From Candidatus Bathyarchaeota archaeon (GTDB lineage: Archaea > Thermoproteota > Bathyarchaeia > Bathyarchaeales > Bathycorpusculaceae): 64,000 bases of DNA. Position 1 is the stretch's first letter. Each line of letters begins with the position of its first letter. Shown one piece after another: positions 20,994 to 33,177 of the stretch. The notes under the pieces are model-generated. The model ran no database searches, had not been told where the DNA came from, and saw only the letters and a list, made by a program, of their open reading frames with translations. The stretch spans positions 32,001-96,000 of the forward strand of contig CAWDYC010000010.1 in the NCBI GenBank assembly GCA_963806535.1, written 5' to 3'. The position numbers and the translations under genes are program-made.

Positions 20994-21709
20994 TGGTTGG
21001 AAAACTTGAAGGACAAGCGATGGAGAAGCTTTCTTGCGCATGTTGGTATCTTTGTTTGCGTTTACTCTTTGCTTTTTGATTTTTTACAGGCAGTTTTTCT
21101 TGGGTTATAATTGGGGGTTGATTTGATGCAGATAATGATAGACTATTCCTCCACAGTAGACATTTCGATTAGGATTTTTACTGACCTTTTGTGAAGTGCT
21201 CTGGCTTAAACAGAAGGCTGATCCTTTATACTTCACTTCCAAAGATAAATTCAATTTCTGCCGCATTGTTTGAGGAAACGCATCCAAAACAACTTGAGGT
21301 AGCAATCGTCTCAAAACAAGCATATTCAAAGTTTTAGCCTCATTGCTCTATTAAATCGCACGATGCATTACGTTAATAAACAATTTGTTTCTTGGGCTTC
21401 ACAAAAAACTGTTCCACACAGAAACAACTAACACGTCATGATTGATTAAAAGTTTTAAACCGCGAGTGGAAAAAGTTTACGAACCAAAAAATTTACAAGT
21501 GTCCACCAAGAACACCCGCCACTATTGAAATTATAAAAAGCACAATAATACCAATAACTATGATTTTTTTAGTTGAAGACTTCATTTCGATCTGATTTCC
21601 ACGGATCTTTTGCAGAGATATACTCTTTATTTGAATTTAGGCTTTGTGAATTCAGAATTAAGCTAGATTTTGGGTTTTTAACAATTCTCAAATTTGCATG
21701 GCGATTTTA

Positions 21710-22271
21710 TTACTTTCTAAATTTGCTTTCTAAGCCCAAATGTTTCCTAAATATTTCTTCTCGCCATTTCCCTTCCCAACTAGCCCAACCAGTCTTCACA
21801 AGACTCTCGCGCAAATGAGGACTCTGAGCAACCCAATCGAGAAAACTCCAAAACCGCCTCTTATCTTGAAGCATCTCTCGCGGCACACCTTTTTCAACAC
21901 ACCACCTAACATAGGCATCGTCAACCAGCTGTCTGAGCTCGCCTGTAGATTGGACTTTTTTAACTTTGAACCCTTGCTTCTGCAGATGCTCAATTACATT
22001 TGGATAGAACGTATTCTGAACAAACATTAAAGCAGGTTTCACTATCAGGCTGCATCACAGCAACAATTTCATCTGCAATCTTTACGGCATCATCTAAGTA
22101 TTTCTTATTTCTAAAGTTCGGAGGCTGAAAAGATGACGTGGAAATTCTGCGTTCCAAAAGCATCGGTTGTGGAGGTTTAAGCGCACCAACAACAACACCC
22201 AACAAGAGATCACTCCACCCAGATGCATCTATCAAAATCATTTTACCGGGAAGAAAACAATCCAACGCCAT
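21710..22271 (-). CDS. conserved hypothetical protein, possible RNase H-like fold; frameshifted
   Basis: ILIDASGWSDLLLGVVVG resembles the RNase HII-type first strand; continues into 21710..22042 ending VKTGW. Confidence 0.5.
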
Positions 22272-22881
22272 AATTAATTCGCCAGCCGCTCAAACAGCCT
22301 TTCGGTAATTTCTATGGAGCCAAACATAATTTAATCCTTCTGGTGCAACTGCTTTTGGTGGGTTTCTAATGAAAAAACTAATCTTTTTAGTTGGGGAAGC
22401 AAAAACTGAATTCTGTGTTCATAATCATTAACTAAGAGCTATCCTTCTTTATTAAAGAAAACAATAAGTGAAATTCGAGCACTCATTAGAAAGCAAAAAT
22501 TGATTTTAAAGCCGTATAAAATAAGCATTGAACGATTATATACCCAAAATCTTTAAGTTGTCCATTTACAGAAGATGTATGCACAGCAAAACAGTGCTGG
22601 AATGCGACGTTTTCAAAAAATCCACAAAATCAAAGATGAAAAACTAGGCAACCCAAACAAAGCCAATGCCCTGAAAAATCTTGGTTGTTTAACTAATTTG
22701 TAAATGGATTCAATTCGCGTTATACTTTTCTTCTTCAATTATTGTTATGGGGAAAACGGAAGCAGTTAATGGTAAAATGAATTTACTACCTAACGAGCCT
22801 CAACAAAATAATAGAATTAATTTTAATGGCTAAAAAATATTCGTGAAACAAAAGACTTAGAAACTTAAGGCGCCAATTCTA

Positions 22882-23496
22882 TCATAGTCCTGGAATGTTC
22901 GAGTCAACCAAGTTAATGTCCATATTGTAAGATTGCCCTTCGACTGAGGTTGGAGAAGTCATAACCATCTTGATTGGCCAATGAACCGTATCATCAACAT
23001 AGTACGCAGCGCTAATGCCTTCGTTATTATACTCGTAGACAGTGCAGCTTCGTGTTCCAAGCTTTGCCAAAGTTACCTGAGTACTATAGGTGCTGTTCAG
23101 AGTCATATTCGGTGGTTGGAAAGTCATGTCTTGTCTGCTTACCCAAGTGGTGGTTTCATTTTCTGATGCGCCATATGGTGTTGACATGTTATAGTCTGTT
23201 GCAACTTGGATATGGGTTTGGTTAAAGTCTACTATTTCCATTCTTGCATTGAAGGAGACATCAATTCCCATAATACTGACCTGGCCATCATATGTTGCGT
23301 AAGCACCTACTTTCATCCAAGATTGTGGATTGGTTTGGGTGCCAGATTGATTATTGGATGGGTTTTGACCGCTCATCAATATCGAAGCAGTTAAACCTAT
23401 TGCCAACGCGACAACTAAAACAACGGCGGCGACTACCAATAATCTCCTTTTGTTATTTGCAGGAATTTTTGTGTTTTGCTGATTAGATTCCGACAT
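22882..23496 (-). CDS. membrane-anchored secreted protein
   Basis: N-terminal TM; WMKVGAYATY; beta-rich domain. Confidence 0.7.
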   Translation of the reverse strand: MSESNQQNTKIPANNKRRLLVVAAVVLVVALAIGLTASILMSGQNPSNNQSGTQTNPQSWMKVGAYATYDGQVSIMGIDVSFNARMEIVDFNQTHIQVATDYNMSTPYGASENETTTWVSRQDMTFQPPNMTLNSTYSTQVTLAKLGTRSCTVYEYNNEGISAAYYVDDTVHWPIKMVMTSPTSVEGQSYNMDINLVDSNIPGL

Positions 23497-23685
23497 CCGT
23501 CATCAATTTAGCAATGTATTGAATATTGCGATACAATTATATGTCTTATGGAAGCCCGATGTAGATTTGAAATCAATAAAACTAATTTGCGGAAACAGAT
23601 ATATCCAATTGAGGGTGCTTGCCAAAGAGCTATCATTTTTCCCTTAAATTGAAGGTTAAATCGGTTGTTGACGAATTTTTGTGAG

Positions 23686-23775
23686 TTTTTGTTCTTCGTG
23701 TTTTGTTTGTTTTTTGTTTTAGAGCTTGAATCAATTGCAGGCTGAGTGAAATTAAATGAAAAAAGTGAAGGAACA
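23686..23775 (-). repeat. dispersed repeat copy J
   Basis: Reverse complement CAC|TCAGCCTGCAATTGATTCAAGCTCTAAAACAAAAAACAAACAAAACACGAAGAAC, with TTCA recurring about every 10 bp upstream. Confidence 0.7.
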
Positions 23776-23961
23776 GTTAATCTGGCTATTTCATCAACAG
23801 TTACTTTTGATAACGAAGAAGGCTTTGTAGATTTGTTTTCACTTTTTTGCACTCTTTTTATTAAGTAAACTGTCTATTTTGCTTAATTAAACTTGCATAA
23901 TAAACAAGCTTACGAGCGCATGCAACAAATTAGTTAAATATTCGATTTCTTTGTGTAGTTT

Positions 23962-24100
23962 CAGGAGAGGTAAAACAGCGGCGTCGAGCCGAGGGCAAAC
24001 AGCAGAGTTGAGTTCTCCTCATATTATCTTATGAAGTGCTCAACCTAAACCGTCTGTTACCCTTTGAAAGCTCGCACTTTCTGCGAAGCCTCTCGTAAGG
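23962..24100 (+). promoter_or_regulatory. structured 5' leader RNA candidate
   Basis: Nested complementary segments GAGAGG/CCTCTC, CGAGC/GCTCG, AGGGCAAACAG/CTGTTACCCT, GTTGAG/CTCAAC, TCATA/TATGA; TTAAATA box about 25 nt upstream. Confidence 0.55.
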
Positions 24101-24113
24101 AGAAAAATAAAAA

Positions 24114-26724
24114 ATGAAAACTCAAACTAAAAAAATAGCAGTCGTTTTAGCAACAATGTTTCTATTGATTTCAATGATGGCAGCATTATCACCAATGATT
24201 CTAGGCGCAACTAAATAATCCAGCAGGAACAATTCAGACATCATACCCTTATGTTAAAGTCGGTCCTAACCCAATAGGCGTCGGTCAAACAGCAACCGTT
24301 ATCATGTTCGTTGGTCAACCCACATTAACCAGCGAACCCGTAACAGGTTGGACTGTGGTTAGTAACCGATCCCAATGGAGTTAAAACAACACTTGGACCC
24401 TTCGTGTCAGACGCAACAGGAGGCACATAACACTATTCACTCCATCAAAAGTCGGCAACTACACATTCCAAGGTTTCGTAGCGCAGGCAAATTTTATCAA
24501 ATAACGTCACTCTGGTCAGCTGGAACATCTAATGTGGACACACTTGTAGTGCAATCACACCCATATCGCTTAGCAGTTATCCGATAACTCCTCTTCCAAC
24601 TCAATGGTGGCAAACTCCAATAACCGCTGAAAACGTACAAAACTGGTACGCTATCTCTGGACCATGGCTTGGATACGGTTCTAACGCTTTTGCTATCACC
24701 GGAGCATACAACAATACACAAAACCAGTACAATCCATACACTCTACCGGTAATGTCTGGTCACGTCCTCTGGACAAAGCCTTGGGCTACCGGCGGAGTAG
24801 TTGGAGGAAACGCAGGCGGAACTGAAAGCAGCCACTTCTGGTCAACCAACCAATACTGGCCTAAATATGCACCAGTCATAATGAACGGTATAATGTACTC
24901 CACCCAATTTGACACAGACACCTCAAACAATCACGGCACAATTGCAACTGACTTATACACTGGAAAAACACTCTGGACACTCAACAGCACTAGCGGTAAC
25001 TTAGTTTGCGGCATGGAAACTTTCTACAAGAATCCTAATCAATACGGCACAGTCGGTCCATACATCGTCACCACGGGAGTCCTTCCAGGAATGACGGTAA
25101 TAGTCATTCTGGAACAGCATACAATCTCTGGGATGCATTGAACGGACAATATGCAGGCAGCATCATAAACGCGCCTGCAATGGGTTGATTCGGTCCGTTC
25201 GGAGGACCAGAATGGGGTGCAGATGACAACGGAAACTTAATCGCTTACAACGTTGACAACTCTAATGCGACTAAACCGATGCTTCAATTGTTTAACATGA
25301 CAGCTTGCTCTTGGAGAGGCCTTGCAATTTCGGGTGGACTCCACCACAAGGCGGCATTTTCAATTGGAACAGATGGAATAGTATGGTCTAAACCAATATT
25401 CACAAGTGTTAATGGTGGAGCATTAAAGACAGGACTCGCAGTAAACGGAGTAACAAACAATGAAGTAATCTTGACTGGCGAATTCACTTTCGGACAATTC
25501 TACGGCGGATTGCAACAAGGCTATAATATTGTAGCAGGCATGGACGCAACATACTGGCGCTCAGCTATGGATTAAAAACTTCACATCAGCAGATTCCTAA
25601 TACTCTTGCACCATGGACAAGGACACAAATGCAGATTTTCGACGGACTATGGGTTCAAGTAAACGAGGATAATGATGCCGTATTCGCAGTAAATGCAAGA
25701 CAGGCACTAAGGCATGGCAAACAACTCTGCCCGCCAGGCATAAACAACGAATGGATACGATGTGTTTAACCTCAGAACCTATCAACGGACTTGGCTGCCT
25801 CATATGCGTAGGCTTCGGAGGAGACATCTGGTGCATCAACGAAACAAGACGGACAAACGATAGATGGCAAACAGACACCATCAAGCTCTTAGGCAATCCA
25901 GGACTTGAAACACCCTACGCTACATGGCCACTATGGACCTTCATCTGCGATTGCATAACCAACGACGTAGGATACTTCGCAGTTGGCCACGAATACAACC
26001 CACCGCTATTCCACGGCGCACAACTAATAGCACTTAACATGACAAATGGACAAATTCATCTGGAGCGAATTAGACATGTCCATTGAATCCACAGAAATCT
26101 CATACGGCATCATGCTATCACGCAACGCATACGACAACCAAATATACGCATTCGGCAAAGGACCAAGCGCAACGACAGTTACTGCACCACAAGTTGGAGT
26201 AACAACACAGTACACCAATAACCATAACCGGAACAGTAATGGACGTCTCTGCAGGCGCATCCCAAAGTGCAGTTGCAAAGAACTTCCCCAACGGTCTACC
26301 ATGCGTTTCTGACGCAAAGCCAGAGCCACTGGATGGAATATGTCTACCAGCAACAACCGGTCACCAGCAAACACTACTGGCGTTCCAGTTACCTTAAGCG
26401 TCATAGATGCCAACAACAACTTTAGAACAATCGGCACAACTACAAGCGACGCAAGCGGAACATATCGCTTATACATGGACACCTGACATACCAGGCGCAT
26501 ACGCAGTCATCGCATCATTCGGAGGATCCAACTCATACTACGGATCATCAGCTGAAACCCACTTCTACGCTAGCTCAGCCATGCAGCAACACCTAGCACC
26601 AGCAGCTACACCAGAAACAGGCCTAGCAAGCAACACTACGCTAGAATACGGAATCATAGCAGTCATAATCGTCATCATCATCATCGGCGCTGTTCTAGCG
26701 TTGTTGATTATGAGAAAGAAATAA
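24114..26724 (+). CDS. PQQ-type beta-propeller cell-surface protein, heavily frameshifted
   Basis: Signal peptide at 24114; PNPIGVGQ, HVLWTKP, FGKGPSATTV, YTWTPDIPG; TM + RKK; paralog of 47143..49759. Confidence 0.75.
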
Positions 26725-26838
26725 AATCGACAAACACAAAATAAACAACCATTTCCTTTTTTTATTTTTTTTGTTATAAATATTCGTCTTGTGGACTTTT
26801 TGAGTATTCGAATTAGTTATTGACGGTTTTTTGCGCAG

Positions 26839-26931
26839 GGTTTTCTTTGTGTTTTAGGTTGTTTTTTTGGTTTGGGGTTTGGTTTATTTGTAGGTTGAGT
26901 CGAATAAAGTCGAAATAAGTCCAAAAAGTTC
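26839..26931 (-). repeat. dispersed repeat copy K: three 10-bp units + core
   Basis: Reverse complement CTTTTTGGAC|TTATTTCGAC|TTTATTCGAC|TCAACCTACAAATAAACCAAACCCCAAACCAAAAAAACAACCTAAAACACAAAGAAAACC. Confidence 0.88.
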
Positions 26932-26993
26932 AGGCTCAAAAGTGGGGAGTTGAAGCCAGCAGGCTGTTCAGTTTTATTTTTCAGAAGAGAAAT

Positions 26994-27133
26994 TTTGTTG
27001 TTTGTGTTTCAGTTTGCTTTTTTGTTTCAGGATTTGCTTTGTTTGCAGGTTGAGACTATAATTGACTGATTTAGACCCTTTGTGACCATATTAGACTATA
27101 ATTGACTATACTTGACTCTTTTTGACTTATTTT
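26994..27133 (-). repeat. dispersed repeat copy L: eight 10-bp units + core
   Basis: Plus strand GACTATAATT GACTGATTTA GACCCTTTGT GACCATATTA GACTATAATT GACTATACTT GACTCTTTTT GACTTATTTT; core at 26994-27053. Confidence 0.9.
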
Positions 27134-27196
27134 TTTTGTCTCTCTCTCAAAGTCGACAATTTGGCAAAATATTACTAATTGAAGCGTCTTATGATT

Positions 27197-30100
27197 TTAC
27201 CAGAGTTTCCAAGGTAACTCGTCCATGTACTCGTTGAGTGATCGGATTGAAGTGCCGTTTTTGCCCTTCTGCTTTAACACATCCACAAGTGCAGCGGCCA
27301 ACTGCAGATTCGTGATAACTGGTACGTTGAATTCTACTGCTTGACGTCTAATTATGTAGCCGTCGGTTAAAATGTCTGAGAAACTATTCTGTCGATTAGC
27401 AATAGGCACGTTAATCACTAAATCTATCTTATGCTCCTGAAGGTAATCCAGAACGTTTGGGTTAGCTTGAGCCTCTTTAACTTTGAAGAGAACAGTTGCA
27501 TTAATGCCTGCATCATTGAGAACTTTAGCTGTATGCGCAGTAGCGTAGATTTTGACGCCCATCTCAGCAAAAGCCTGAGCTATCGGCACAACCCGTTTTT
27601 TGCGTTCTTCATCGCCGCCAACACTTATGAACACTGCCCCATCTTTTGGCGGAATATTAAATTCTGCAGACTGCAAAGCTTTTGAGAATGCATCAGAGAA
27701 GTTTTCTCCTAAACAGGCTACCTCGCCAGTACTGAGCATTTCAACTCCGAGAACAGGGTCGGCACCGCTTAAGCGCATGAAGCTGAACTGTGGAACTTTA
27801 ACTCCGACGTGAGGCGCAACAGTCATTGGTGAGAGTTGAACGCCGTCGATTTTTTTGCCCAACATAGCCAAAGTGGCGAGTTCAATTAGGTTTATTCCTC
27901 GTGTTTTGCTTACAAATGGCATTGAACGAGATGCCCGCAAATTACATTCGATAACGTTTACAACGTCGTCTTTGACAAGGTACTGGATGTTGAATGGTCC
28001 ATGAATGTTGAGGGCTTTAACTATGCGTTGTGTGCAATCCTCAATTTTCTCTTGAACCTCAAGTTTTAACGCTTGAGGTGGAATGGTCATGGTTGCATCG
28101 CCGCTGTGGACACCAGCGTTTTCCACATGCTCCATTATGGCGCCGATTAGAACAGTTTCACCGTCTGAAACTCCGTCGACCTCAACTTCTTTTGCACGAT
28201 TTATGAATTTGCTGATAACTACTGGATGATCACGTGAAACCTTCGCGGCTAAGTTAAGGAAATTCTCCAGAGACGTTTCGTTGTATGCTACACGCATCGC
28301 TGAACCTGACAGCACATAGCTTGGACGAACAATAACTGGGTACCCGATTTTGTCAGCAAACCGTTTCGCATCAGCAATTGATAATAGTTTGCTCCAAGGT
28401 GGCTGAGAAATTCCCAAGTTGATCTAGAAGTGCACTGAATTTTGAGCGGTCTTCAGCTAAATCAACGTTTTCAGCAGATGTGCCAAGAAGTTTTACGCCT
28501 GCATTGGAGAGTTTCATGGCTAAATTATTTGGAATTTGACCGCCGACGCTGGTGATTACGCCAAGCGGGTTTTCTTTTTCGTAAATATCTAAAATGCGTT
28601 CAATTGTTAGTTCTTCAAAGTAAAGTTTGTCTGAAACATCATAGTCTGTTGAAACGGTTTCTGGGTTATAATTGACCATTATGGCTTCTTTTATGCCGTT
28701 TTTCTTAAGTGCCCAGATAGTGTTGACGCCGCACCAGTCAAACTCTACGCTTGAACCTATGCGAAAGACGCCGGCTCCAAGAACAATAACTTTGCTTTCT
28801 GTAGTGCTTAATTCTATGTCGTCTTCGTCTCCGCCGTAAGTCAGGTAGAGATAGTTTGTTTTTGCTGGCCACTCAGCGGCTAAAGTGTCAATTTGCTTTA
28901 CTGCTGGGATGATGTTTGCGCTTTTTCTAAATGCCCTAATTGTAAATTCGTCTGTGCCTTGGCATTGAGCAATTTGTTCATCTGAGAAGCCTAAGCGTTT
29001 AGCTTCACGAATAATTTCTGCTGCAGAGCTTTCTGCAAGGTTTAGAGTGCGAAGTTCTGCTTCCATATTAATTATGTTCTGGATTTTATGCAGGAAAAAT
29101 GGGTCTACTCCGCTTAGACGGTATATTTCAGAGATGGGTATGCCTATTTTTAATGCTTTAACAATTTTGTAGAGTCGTTCGTCGGTGGGGTTAGCCATTT
29201 CATCTCTTAATCTTTCTTCAGATTCAGGTTCAGAATCTTCTGGGTTACAGACTAATCCTATTTTGCCGGTATCCAACATGCGAACGGCTTTTTGCAGTGC
29301 TTCTTCAAAGCAGCGTCCAATCGCCATAACCTCGCCAACAGAACGCATCTGGGGACCAACGTGTCGGTCTGCATTCTTGAATTTCTGGAGGTCCCAACGT
29401 GGGATTTTGACGGTTATGTAGTCTAAGGCTGGTTCGAAGCAGGCGGTTGTGACTTCAGTTACTTTGTTAATCAATTCTGGAAGCGTATAGCCAAGCGTTA
29501 GTTTTGTCGCTATGTAGGCTAAGGGGTAACCTGTTACTTTGCTTGCTAGGGCAGAGCTTCGGGACATGCGTGAGTTAACTTCGATTACGCGGTATTCTTC
29601 TGATTTAGGGTTAAGTGCCCATTGGATGTTGCATTCGCCAACAATGCCTAAGCTTCGGATTGCGTTTATCGAGGTGGATCGAATAAGATGGTATTCACGG
29701 TTTGATCAGGGTTTGTGACGGCGCAACAACTATAGAGTCGCCTGTGTGGACGCCCATGGGGTCAAAGTTTTCCATGTTGCAAACGGTTAAGCAGTTGTCG
29801 GAGTAGTCCCGCATTACTTCATATTCGACTTCTTTCCAGTGCCCAACATACTCTTCGATAAGCACTTGACCTATGCGGCTTTGAGCTATACCACGTGTTG
29901 CTATCTCTTTTAGTTCTGCAACGTTGTGGGCTACGCCTGCACCTTTCCCGCCAAGAGTGTAGGCAACACGCACTATAACGGGGTAACCGATTTCCTCAGC
30001 CACTTCCAACGCATGATTAACGCTTGTAGCTGATTTGCTTTGTAGAGGGGGAACTCCTGCTTTGAGCATGGCTTGGCGGAACCGTTCTCTGTCACCCGTG

Positions 30101-30474
30101 TCTTCTATGGCTTTGACAGGGGTGCCTAAGACTTTACAATTATATTTTTGCAGGATGCCTTTTTTCTCAAGTTCCAAACCGCAGTTTAAGGCTGTTTGTC
30201 CGCCGAACCCCAAAAGTATGCCGTCTGGGCGTTCTTTCTCGATGACTCTTTCGACATATTCAGGGGTGACTGGAAGAAGATACACTTTGCCAGATAAACG
30301 TGGGTCAGTCTGAATAGTGGCTATGTTAGGGTTAATCAGAACTGTTTCAATGCCCTCTTCTTTGAGAGCTTTGAGACATTGGCTTCCTGAATAATCAAAT
30401 TCGGCTGCTTCACCGATTTTTATGGCGCCGCTTCCAAGAACCATCACTTTCTTTATCCAATCAAACTTGGGCAT
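27197..30474 (-). CDS. carB: carbamoyl-phosphate synthase large subunit (two frameshifts)
   Basis: [44 protein letters not shown] and MGS domain across three fragments. Confidence 0.95.
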
Positions 30475-31619
30475 TACTTAACCTCCAAGGTTTTAGCGAA
30501 TTTGTCAAAAAGCAACTCGGTGTCATATGGTCCTGGTGAAGCTTCAGGATGCCACTGTACTGCAAAAACTGGCTTGTTTCTGTGTTTGATGCCTTCGATT
30601 GTTTTGTCGTTGGGATTTACAAACCATGGTTCCAGCGGCGTTTTCTTTAAGGATTCTAAATCAACAGCGTAACCGTGATTTTGAGTTGTAATGTAACAGC
30701 GATTGTTGTTTATATCGAGGGCTGGTTGGTTTTGAGCGCGATGTCCAAATTTGAGTTTGTAAGTGTCTCCGCCCATTGATAATGCTAATATTTGAGCGCC
30801 AAGGCAAATGCCCATTAGCGGCACTTTTTCGGTTAATTCTTTTATGCACTGGATTGTTTCGGTGCATTTTTTGGGGTCGCCTGGACCGTTGCTTAAGAAT
30901 ACACCGTCAGGGTTGTAAGCCATTACTTCGCTGGCTGAAGTGTCATAGGGCACTCGTACAACGTTTATTCCCCGTTTAAGCAGGTTGCGGATGATGCTGT
31001 ATTTGACTCCGCAGTCAATTAGGACAACAGTTTTTTTGCCGTCAACGCTGTATTTGACGGGTTTTTTAACTGAAACTTCCTTAACTAAATCAGTTAAGTT
31101 TGGGTCAGCGATGTTTTTGCCGTTCTTTAAAATCGCATCCAAATCAGGTTCTTCGCCTTCTTCAAAAACCTGCAGAATCCCCAGCATGACACCGTGGGTT
31201 CGAAGTTTCTTTGTTAAACGTCTGGTGTCTATTCCATAGATTCCGGGAACGCCTTCGTCTAGAAGCCACTTATCAAGTGTTCTTGTTGATGCCCAATGGA
31301 AGGGTTCATGGCATAACTCGTGAATAATTAATCCTTGAACCTGAATGTGGTCGGATTCAAAATAGAGTGGAAGACCAAGGTTTAATTCGTTTGATGGAAC
31401 GCCATAGTTGCCTATAAGCGGGTAAGTTAATGTTAAAACTTGACCTTTATACGATGGGTCAGTTAGCGCTTCTGGATAACCAACCATCTGTGTTGAAAAA
31501 ACTACTTCGCCGCTGATTTTTCCTGTTGCTCCAAAACCGTTACCGATAAATGACGTTCCGTCTTCAAGAAGCAGAATCGCTTTTTTATTTTTGTTGAACG
31601 TGTTATGTTGTGGGACCAA
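30474..31619 (-). CDS. carA: carbamoyl-phosphate synthase small subunit
   Basis: [32 protein letters not shown]. Confidence 0.96.
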   Translation of the reverse strand: MVPQHNTFNKNKKAILLLEDGTSFIGNGFGATGKISGEVVFSTQMVGYPEALTDPSYKGQVLTLTYPLIGNYGVPSNELNLGLPLYFESDHIQVQGLIIHELCHEPFHWASTRTLDKWLLDEGVPGIYGIDTRRLTKKLRTHGVMLGILQVFEEGEEPDLDAILKNGKNIADPNLTDLVKEVSVKKPVKYSVDGKKTVVLIDCGVKYSIIRNLLKRGINVVRVPYDTSASEVMAYNPDGVFLSNGPGDPKKCTETIQCIKELTEKVPLMGICLGAQILALSMGGDTYKLKFGHRAQNQPALDINNNRCYITTQNHGYAVDLESLKKTPLEPWFVNPNDKTIEGIKHRNKPVFAVQWHPEASPGPYDTELLFDKFAKTLEVK

Positions 31620-31663
31620 AGCCCTATTCTACCTGCGTGTTTGAATTTTTAAGTCTTACGTTT

Positions 31664-33145
31664 TCAGAGCTTGTCTGAAACAGCGTAAGACTCTAAGGTT
31701 GCGTTAAGTTTCTTTTCAGCATCAGCAAGGTTCTTTTTAAGTTTAGCGATGTTGTTTTTTGCATCTGCCATGCTCTTCTTTGCTGTTGCGATTGATTTTT
31801 CAACCTCAACGGCTGAAGGACCGCCTTGCACTTTATAGGTTTCGACTAGTTTACGCGGATTCGTGCATTCAGATATATCCTCTTTCTTAACTGTTAATTT
31901 GACTCCAGCGGCTTCCTTAGCTACTTTTTGAAGCATTTCAGGGGTCGCATCCAGCAAAGTCTCATGAGAATCAATCAATGCCTTGACAAGAGCGCCGACT
32001 ATCTTGTGCGAAGTGCGGAAAGCAACATTATATTTCCGTACAAGCATGTTAGCCAGCTCAGTTGCGCCAACGAAGCCTGCGGCGGCTTTGCTTTCAACGT
32101 CTGATGACACTTTCAAGTTAGGAATAAGCGCTGTAAATATGCTAAGTGACTGGGATAAGTTGTCTATTGTAGCCCAAAGCTTCGGGGTTACCTCTTGGAA
32201 ATCAAGATTATATGTTGAGGGCAAACTTTTGACGGCGGCGGTTGAAGCTACAAAATCGCCTAATGCGTAGCTGGCGTGTGCACGAATAACCTCAAGCACT
32301 TCAGGATTCTTTTTCTGAGGCATAATACTGCTGGTTGAAGTGAATTCGTCTGGCAACTCAACTGTTCCGAATTCTTGTGAACTCCAAATTATCAAATCCT
32401 CAGCCAAACGACTCAAATTAACCGCAAGCAAAGCCAATGCCGCTTGAGTTTCAAGAATAAAGTCTCGGCTGCCTACCGCATCAAGCGAATTCTCCAACAC
32501 ATTATCGAAGCCTAAAAGCTCGGCGGTTCGTTTGCGATTTATTGGAAAACTTGTCGTGGCTAATGCTCCAGCGCCAAGAGGACAAAGATTAACCCGTTCA
32601 TAAGCGCCCTGCAGTCTCTCCAAGTCACGCTCCAGCCCTTGAACATGCGAAAGCAAATAATGGGCAAATGTAACGGGTTGCGCTGCTTGAAGATGAGTGT
32701 ACTCCAAAATGACGGTGCCTACGTGTTTGCTGGCTGTGAATATGAGGCTTTTCTGCATCTCAAGAACACGAAGCATTATTTCGATGAGTTCTTTTCTGAG
32801 CTGCATTCGGATGGCTGTTGTAACTTGGTCGTTTCTGCTTTTTGCAATATGCAGATTCCCGCCGACTTCAGGTCCAGTTTCCGCAAGGACTTTTTCTTCC
32901 ACTGCCATGTGGACGTCTTCGGCAGAAGGGTCTAATGTTGAGCTGGATTGTTTAGAGAGGGCTTTTAGAATTTTTGCGCCGTCTTGCCATGGAATTATTT
33001 TTTGTTCCATGAGCATTATAACGTGGGCTTTGTTGATGTCAATGACAGCAGTGGCTAAGCGTTCATCATCTTTTCGCGAAGACGTAAACTTTGCTACATC
33101 TTCACGCATAGACGATAATCGTCCGCCATGCAGTATCTTTGACAT
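31664..33145 (-). CDS. argH: argininosuccinate lyase
   Basis: SRNDQV, THLQAAQP, SSIMPQKKNP. Confidence 0.96.
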   Translation of the reverse strand: MSKILHGGRLSSMREDVAKFTSSRKDDERLATAVIDINKAHVIMLMEQKIIPWQDGAKILKALSKQSSSTLDPSAEDVHMAVEEKVLAETGPEVGGNLHIAKSRNDQVTTAIRMQLRKELIEIMLRVLEMQKSLIFTASKHVGTVILEYTHLQAAQPVTFAHYLLSHVQGLERDLERLQGAYERVNLCPLGAGALATTSFPINRKRTAELLGFDNVLENSLDAVGSRDFILETQAALALLAVNLSRLAEDLIIWSSQEFGTVELPDEFTSTSSIMPQKKNPEVLEVIRAHASYALGDFVASTAAVKSLPSTYNLDFQEVTPKLWATIDNLSQSLSIFTALIPNLKVSSDVESKAAAGFVGATELANMLVRKYNVAFRTSHKIVGALVKALIDSHETLLDATPEMLQKVAKEAAGVKLTVKKEDISECTNPRKLVETYKVQGGPSAVEVEKSIATAKKSMADAKNNIAKLKKNLADAEKKLNATLESYAVSDKL

Positions 33146-33177
33146 CTTCTTACCTTCCTATTTGCTCACTGTTCTAG

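Noticed and set aside
20540-21330. Possible degraded small genes on the minus strand
   Set aside because: Too many stops and no recognisable family.
23508-23852. ORFs overlapping the repeat (23508..23852, 8638..8964, 43718..43912)
   Set aside because: Low-complexity translations; the reading frame is not conserved among repeat copies.
23990-24062. Canonical c-di-GMP-I riboswitch
   Set aside because: Shares short words but lacks the GNRA hairpin and GACGCAAAGCC junction; kept only as an unknown structured leader.
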